A stretch of DNA of 64,000 nucleotides. It comes from Rhizobium sp. Q54 (GTDB lineage Bacteria; Pseudomonadota; Alphaproteobacteria; UBA7879; VGCX01). The DNA lies in assembly GCA_945870825.1 (NCBI GenBank), contig CAMBTM010000005.1:33-64032 (forward strand), written 5' to 3'. Positions 58,552-64,000 of this stretch are shown here, in pieces; position 1 is the stretch's first letter; each line of letters starts with the position of its first letter. The notes under the pieces were generated by a model. The model ran no database searches, was not told the DNA's origin, and saw nothing but the letters and a program-made list of their open reading frames with translations. A program made the translations under genes and the position numbers.

Positions 58552-59638
58552 GAATATCCTTTTTTGAAGAAATTACCACAAGATCGTTTTCGTCGTCCAG
58601 ACTAAACCCTTCAAGGACAAGTTTTTCTTTAAGACTCTGCAAATCCCCTTTAAATGAAAGCCAAAGAATGGTCTCTTCACGGGATAGAGAATGAAACGTA
58701 ACCCCTTTGACGATTGAAAGATGTTGGATTTTTTCAAGGGACTTGTGCCAATGAGTAAAGTTATCCTCTACCAGTTTAACCTTGAAAACATGACGGGTTT
58801 GGTCTTTATCGTTATGCATCAACGCCCACTGTCCTTGGAGTTCCCCTATAATCTTGGTGCGCCATTCTCCTAAAACAGTATCACGCTCGGTTTGATGCAA
58901 AGAAAATGGTCCCATCCCATGGGCATTCTTAATGTCTTGCAAGGCAAAGGGAATATATCGGATAAACCCTCTATACGTCTCTTCCTCTGCTTGACCCTCC
59001 TTGTCCAAGGATAAAATCGTCAGTAAGACGTCATCGGCCTCATACCGCTCTTTTAGTTTAATCAACATGGACATGTCCAAATGGGCCAAATCCTGTAGGG
59101 GACATGCAATTTGATCCTCGAGATCCCCAAGGGGCGTAACAATATGGGTATCATCATGAGACTCACCCAGGGAAAGCCAAGTTCGATACCAAATGTTTTC
59201 TGTTTCATTCCAAAGAATCAATTGCCCATCCTTGATAACAATCGGCAACACAACCAGACGCAACAGACCGATTTCTACAAAAGGAATCTCGTGTGTTTCT
59301 AATGTCGTTTGAACTTTTTTGTCGTCAAATTCAAAGGTGATTGCCGCCACGTACTGTACATCGGAATGTTGTTCCCCTTTGACAGAAAAACTTTTGATAT
59401 AGTCTTGAATTCTTTCTGGCGTAAACTCTGGAAGGTTTCTGGCATCATCCCCTAAAGAAAGACGTTTGAGCAGTTTTTGAAACGCTAGAGATTGACCCAG
59501 GGCCAAAGCCTCTTCCTTGGCTTTGGCAGCAGAAGGCCCCGTCACATCAACTTGAACAGTCACAGTATAGACAGGGCTTTCAGCAGCCGCAAAAGAGGTC
59601 CAGAGAAAAAATAAAAATAACGCAGGACAAAAGCGCAA
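58535..59638 (-). CDS. DUF2066-like periplasmic protein
   Basis: Signal peptide, VDVT..SA..A...A, AF..LL.RL, P.GDLED. Synteny with the CDP-alcohol/AI-2E/hdaA block. Confidence 0.8.
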   Translation of the reverse strand: MRFCPALFLFFLWTSFAAAESPVYTVTVQVDVTGPSAAKAKEEALALGQSLAFQKLLKRLSLGDDARNLPEFTPERIQDYIKSFSVKGEQHSDVQYVAAITFEFDDKKVQTTLETHEIPFVEIGLLRLVVLPIVIKDGQLILWNETENIWYRTWLSLGESHDDTHIVTPLGDLEDQIACPLQDLAHLDMSMLIKLKERYEADDVLLTILSLDKEGQAEEETYRGFIRYIPFALQDIKNAHGMGPFSLHQTERDTVLGEWRTKIIGELQGQWALMHNDKDQTRHVFKVKLVEDNFTHWHKSLEKIQHLSIVKGVTFHSLSREETILWLSFKGDLQSLKEKLVLEGFSLDDENDLVVISSKKDIHDSLA

Positions 59639-59642
59639 AGCC

Positions 59643-60065
59643 TTACCCTACAATGTCAGTATCCTTAAAGAAAAATGCAATTTCATTCTTTGCATTTTCC
59701 AAGGAGTCGGACCCATGGACAGAGTTTTCATCAATGGACAAAGCAAACAAAGCCCGCACCGTCCCAGGGGTTGCATCCTTAGGGTTTGTAGCCCCCATCA
59801 CATCTCGGTGTTTTTGAACAGCATTCTCGCCTTCCAATACCTGCACCACAACAGGTCCAGAGGACATGAAAGACACAAGGTCATTATAAAAAGGACGTTC
59901 TTTATGAACAGCATAAAACGCGCCAGCCTGATCAGGTGTCAAGTGAACACGCCGTTGCGCCACAACTCGAAGCCCAGCGTCTTCAAAACAGGTAATGATT
60001 TTTCCTGTGATGTTACGACGTGTCGCGTCTGGTTTCAAAATAGACAATGTTCTTTCGATAGCCAT
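59643..60065 (-). CDS. ndk: Nucleoside diphosphate kinase
   Basis: [35 protein letters not shown]. Confidence 0.98.
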   Translation of the reverse strand: MAIERTLSILKPDATRRNITGKIITCFEDAGLRVVAQRRVHLTPDQAGAFYAVHKERPFYNDLVSFMSSGPVVVQVLEGENAVQKHRDVMGATNPKDATPGTVRALFALSIDENSVHGSDSLENAKNEIAFFFKDTDIVG

Positions 60066-60153
60066 GAAATGTAATCTCCTAAAACTGTTAACGAATGTAG
60101 GGCCCATACTAAGCCAGATAGGGAGCGGAACTCAAGGAAAAAATGGGAGCTCG

Positions 60154-61491
60154 TCACTTCTGAGCATAAGGGTTCTTTGATTCCCGCATTAAAAAGCGCA
60201 ATGGGACCCCCTCGAAATTAAAATTGGTCCTGAGGCTATTTCTTAAATACCGTAGGTAAGACTCCGGAAAATGCTTGGCACGGGTCACGAACAACGCAAA
60301 GGTGGGGGGGCGCGCTTTGATTTGGGTGACATAACGAATTTTAAGAGTCGTGCCATTGACTAAAGGCGGTGGATTGTGGCTAAGAACATCTTCAAGCCAA
60401 CGGTTCAGCGCACCTGTTGCGACCCGTTTTTCCCATGAAGCATACATTTTCACAACGGCACGAAAAACACTGTCCAGATTCTTTTTCTTTAAAGAAGACG
60501 TCATAATGACAGGAATGCCTCTCACCTGGGACAAAATACTCTCCAGCTCATGATTCACATCCCGCATGAGGCCCTCTGGATCTTGAACCTGATCGCTTTT
60601 GTTCAGGACAATCACCATAGCGCGTCCCTCTTCCACCACTTGACGTGCGATGGTCATGTCTTGTTTTTCAAGGGGTTGGGTCGCGTCCATCATCAAAATC
60701 ACACATTCAGCGTATTGGATGGCTTCCCGTGTTTGTTCCACAATCTGTTTTTCAAGCAAGGTTTCAACCCGGCTTTGACGTCTTAACCCTGCTGTATCCA
60801 TCAATTGAAATTTCTGATTGCCAAAAGTAAAGTCCACAGAAACAGAGTCCCGGGTTGTGCCTGCTTCATCACTAGTGACAAGGCGTTCCTCCCCAAGCAC
60901 TTGGTTGATAAAGGTTGATTTACCCACATTAGGCCGCCCGACAATGGCTAATTTGATGGATTTTTCTTTTGCCTCTTCAACGCCTTTTTCTGTCACAAAG
61001 GGCCGCAAAGCCTCAAACAAATCCACAAACCCTTCCTTGTGCTCTGCTGAAATGGCAATAGGATCGCCGAACCCCAACCGGTAAAAATCCCCAAAAGTAT
61101 TTTTATTCTTCTGAGATTCACACTTATTAATAATAACCACAACGGGCTTGTCTTGTTTGTGAAGGGTCCGTGCAATTTCTTTATCTTCTGCCGTCACACC
61201 TTCTGTGCCATCCAAAATAAACCAAATAACATCAGCTTCATCAATAGCATGATACGTCTGCGCGTGGGCACGATGGGATAGATCTGCAACATCTACTTTA
61301 TTCAAAGAAAAAAGACCTGCGGTGTCCACCAAACGAAAGTCCATATCACCAAGAGAAGCCTCTGTATATTGCCGGTCACGGGTAATCCCCGGCGCATCGT
61401 GAACAATGGCTTTTTTTTGAGTCGAAAGACGATTAAAGAGGGTGGATTTCCCAACATTGGGGCGGCCCACCAAAGCAACAGTACAAACCAT
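60154..61491 (-). CDS. der: Ribosome biogenesis GTPase Der
   Basis: Two GRPNVGKST and DTAG motifs plus a KH-like C-terminus. Confidence 0.97.
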   Translation of the reverse strand: MVCTVALVGRPNVGKSTLFNRLSTQKKAIVHDAPGITRDRQYTEASLGDMDFRLVDTAGLFSLNKVDVADLSHRAHAQTYHAIDEADVIWFILDGTEGVTAEDKEIARTLHKQDKPVVVIINKCESQKNKNTFGDFYRLGFGDPIAISAEHKEGFVDLFEALRPFVTEKGVEEAKEKSIKLAIVGRPNVGKSTFINQVLGEERLVTSDEAGTTRDSVSVDFTFGNQKFQLMDTAGLRRQSRVETLLEKQIVEQTREAIQYAECVILMMDATQPLEKQDMTIARQVVEEGRAMVIVLNKSDQVQDPEGLMRDVNHELESILSQVRGIPVIMTSSLKKKNLDSVFRAVVKMYASWEKRVATGALNRWLEDVLSHNPPPLVNGTTLKIRYVTQIKARPPTFALFVTRAKHFPESYLRYLRNSLRTNFNFEGVPLRFLMRESKNPYAQK

Positions 61492-62816
61492 TATACGACT
61501 GCAACAAGGCGCCCACGATCGGTTAAGACATAAAGAGTCTCTTCCGCAACGATGGCAGACAAGCTAATGGGGTCAGACAGGGAAAGGGTCTTTGTCGTTT
61601 CGCCCGTTTCAGGATTCAAGAACAACACCTGACCATTGGACCCTGTAATAACAAGGAATCCACCAGCAAGGATCGGTCCTGCCCAGCGATACGGGTCTTT
61701 CTTGTCTTGAGGCTTTGCATAACGTGGCAACTGTTGGACCCAGGCCACTTGACCTGTTTCACGCAACAAACACGTCACCCGACTTTCATTGGTAATGACA
61801 AAAATAAATTCATCCGTCACAGCAGGGGTTCGAACACCCCCAATTTCCTTATCCCACAGACGTCGGCCCGTCCTAAAGTCAATCGCCATCATCCGCTCCC
61901 CTTGGGATAGGGCAATAACCATAGACTTATAAATCACTGGCCGGGCGCGAATTTGAGATAAAACAGCCGTTGAACTAAGGGTCCTTAAAGGATTCAAAGC
62001 TTCCGCCCACAAAACATGTCCATTTTCTGCCCGAAGTGCCAAAAGTTCGCCTGTAGAATAGGGCACAACCACAACACGATTATGAACCGCAGGAGACGCT
62101 CCCCCTACAAAACTTGTGGTTTCAACCGTCCCTTCATGTTGCCACACCTGCACACCTGTCACGGCATCAACCGCCAGAAGACGGTTGTTGGTCGTTGCTA
62201 TATACACACGTTCGCCGTCAACCGTCGGCGCTGAACGCGCGGGGTAAATCAGAGGACTTCGCCATATTTCAAAGCCTTTTGTTTTTTCAAGGGCCAACGT
62301 CTCCCCATAAGGTGTTGATGCATAAACTTTGTCACCATGAATCGCGATACCCCCGCCGGCATGATAGGCATTGTCTTGAACATTTTTAGGTTCCGTCACA
62401 AATGACCAGATCAAATCCCCTGTGTCTGTTTTTCTGGCTTGTACACGACCGTCTGCATCAATGGTATAAATGACCCCTTCTGCAACAATCGGTGTTGAAA
62501 GAAGAAACCGGTGCTTATCAGTCCCACTGCCAATACTGGTGGACCAACGAATTTTTCTCTCACCCTCTTTCAATGCTCCATGAGGCACCACGTGCTCAGG
62601 GTTTGCACCCATTTCAGACCACTGGGTATTACGCGTAGGGGTTGGTAAATAAATAGAAATATTATCCGCATCAGGGTCACGCGTTAATGTATCAGTTGCC
62701 TCCAAAAGGGTTACGCGTTCCCCTTCCAATGGCTTTTTATTATCCCCACACTGCACCAAGAATGCCAAGGGAAGAACTGCTAGGAGACTGCGCAAAAACG
62801 CACGTGAACACCGCAT
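61491..62816 (-). CDS. bamB: BamB-like PQQ beta-propeller lipoprotein
   Basis: Lipobox-like LVQC, repeated A....TG...W blades, position between yfgM and der. Confidence 0.88.
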   Translation of the reverse strand: MRCSRAFLRSLLAVLPLAFLVQCGDNKKPLEGERVTLLEATDTLTRDPDADNISIYLPTPTRNTQWSEMGANPEHVVPHGALKEGERKIRWSTSIGSGTDKHRFLLSTPIVAEGVIYTIDADGRVQARKTDTGDLIWSFVTEPKNVQDNAYHAGGGIAIHGDKVYASTPYGETLALEKTKGFEIWRSPLIYPARSAPTVDGERVYIATTNNRLLAVDAVTGVQVWQHEGTVETTSFVGGASPAVHNRVVVVPYSTGELLALRAENGHVLWAEALNPLRTLSSTAVLSQIRARPVIYKSMVIALSQGERMMAIDFRTGRRLWDKEIGGVRTPAVTDEFIFVITNESRVTCLLRETGQVAWVQQLPRYAKPQDKKDPYRWAGPILAGGFLVITGSNGQVLFLNPETGETTKTLSLSDPISLSAIVAEETLYVLTDRGRLVAVV

Positions 62817-63493
62817 TATTTTGAGGCCTCACCCTGCTGATTTTCCAAAGAACGCAGCAAAGACTCTGCCCGGAAAACCACGAAAGCAGGGGCTTCCTTA
62901 TAATCTTTGGCACTATCCAAAAGCTTGGTCAAGGCAGTCTTTGCCGCCGCATAATTCCCCAACTTCATTTCAAGAAGGGCTGTCAACTCAAGAGCTGAAA
63001 ACCGCCAGGGACTGGAATCTTTTGTTAATTTTGAAAGGCTTTTCAAAAGGCCTTTGGGATCTTCTGAATCAAATCCTGCATAGGCCAACCGCAAAAGGGC
63101 AAGATTGCGATAATTATCGTCCCCTGCCGTATCATTCACAATACTTCGATAGACCTCGCGCGCCCCTTCGTCATCGGATTCATCTTGAAGCAAAGCTGCC
63201 ACAAGAAATCGTGATAAATCTTTGTAAGCGCCTTTGTTTTGAAGAGGAATTTCTTCCAAAACCCCCAGCGCTGTCTTCATGTTTTTAGCGCCGATGCTAT
63301 GAAGAGCACTCGTATATTTTTCAGAGGCCTCTAAATTTTTTGACGCCTGATGGCGTTTCCAAAAACTATCAAGAGCCGTCAAAGCAACGCAGATGGCCAT
63401 AAAACCATACACATAATTCTGGTACTTTTTCCAAAGATCCAGCCACCGCTCTTCTTTGACCTCTTCTCTTATTTCATCAAAAATATCAACCAC
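62816..63493 (-). CDS. YfgM-like TPR membrane protein
   Basis: DIFDEIREEV..E....LWKKY, TM segment, TPR-like helices, PWR.SA.E. Confidence 0.88.
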   Translation of the reverse strand: MVDIFDEIREEVKEERWLDLWKKYQNYVYGFMAICVALTALDSFWKRHQASKNLEASEKYTSALHSIGAKNMKTALGVLEEIPLQNKGAYKDLSRFLVAALLQDESDDEGAREVYRSIVNDTAGDDNYRNLALLRLAYAGFDSEDPKGLLKSLSKLTKDSSPWRFSALELTALLEMKLGNYAAAKTALTKLLDSAKDYKEAPAFVVFRAESLLRSLENQQGEASK

Positions 63494-63562
63494 GGATGTT
63501 CTCCATTTTTATCATCTGATTTATACTAATACCGTGCTCTGGAAGGAAGATCAATCGTAAAG

Positions 63563-64000
63563 TTACCACATTACCCCCGGCATAACGTATTGGGGCCTTA
63601 TACCTTCTGCTCCAAACCAATCATCAAGCCCCTCAAAGGACACATCATCGCTGTGAAGTCCCCCATGGATAAAGACACTATCAAGCCCTACGCCATTCGC
63701 CCCTTTAATATCCGTAAACAACCCATCTCCCACTGCAATGAGGCTTTTCAACTCAGGGTCGCCTAATTTACGAAAGATACTTTGATAAATAAACGGCTCT
63801 GGCTTACCGCAATAAATCACCGTTCCGCCCATTTTTTCATAAGATTCAGCAATACTCCCCGCACATAAAGTTTTTGTATTCCCTTCAATAGAAAACCGAT
63901 CGGGATTAGAACAGACAAGAGGCAGATTCAACGACAACGCCTCTTGTAGGATGCGCTGAGACCCCTCCATAGGCCCGGTGCATAAGATATAGCGTGCTTC
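63563..64000 (-). CDS. HAD-superfamily subfamily IIA hydrolase, 5'-partial
   Basis: CSNPD, CAG.IA..YE..GG.V...GKP, VGDGL.TDI.GA. Confidence 0.9.
   Translation of the reverse strand, partial: EARYILCTGPMEGSQRILQEALSLNLPLVCSNPDRFSIEGNTKTLCAGSIAESYEKMGGTVIYCGKPEPFIYQSIFRKLGDPELKSLIAVGDGLFTDIKGANGVGLDSVFIHGGLHSDDVSFEGLDDWFGAEGIRPQYVMPGVMW

Noticed and set aside
15149-63493. Numerous 60-200 aa antisense or alternate-frame ORFs in the track (for example 18307-18834, 19919-20401, 35221-35751, 40261-40737, 62821-63288)
   Set aside because: All overlap well-supported core genes and show no recognisable motifs.

Overview
About 64 kb of an alphaproteobacterial chromosome. Gene order, the AmpG and ProP-type transporters, palindromic repeat elements and gaps in conserved clusters suggest a host-associated, Holosporales-like lineage (inference, no phylogeny run). 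Most of the window is core: the rpsB-tsf-pyrH-frr-uppS-cdsA-rseP-bamA-skp-lpxD-fabZ-lpxA-lpxI-lpxB cluster, a complete mraZ-ftsZ dcw cluster, yfgM-bamB-der-ndk-DUF2066-CDP-alcohol transferase-AI-2E-hdaA, gltX, lipB, ruvX, ubiG, tRNA-Asn and tRNA-Val. The first 2 kb holds decayed mobile DNA: a frameshifted reverse-transcriptase fragment and an ISKra4-type transposase fragment. The most unusual items are (i) two signal-peptide proteins with eukaryote-like ubiquitin-fold signatures but no C-terminal GG, (ii) an orphan TpsB/Omp85 transporter with a triplicated POTRA pair, (iii) a 17-bp TGTA-N9-TACA motif upstream of three accessory genes, including the TpsB gene and one ubiquitin-like gene, (iv) a G9 tract in the promoter spacer of a secreted orphan gene, (v) a CTG start for hdaA, (vi) a palindromic element that appears to be in frame inside an ArnT-like gene, and (vii) dxr, ispG and purMN missing from their usual syntenic positions. 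All calls come from reading motifs by eye; no database searches were run.
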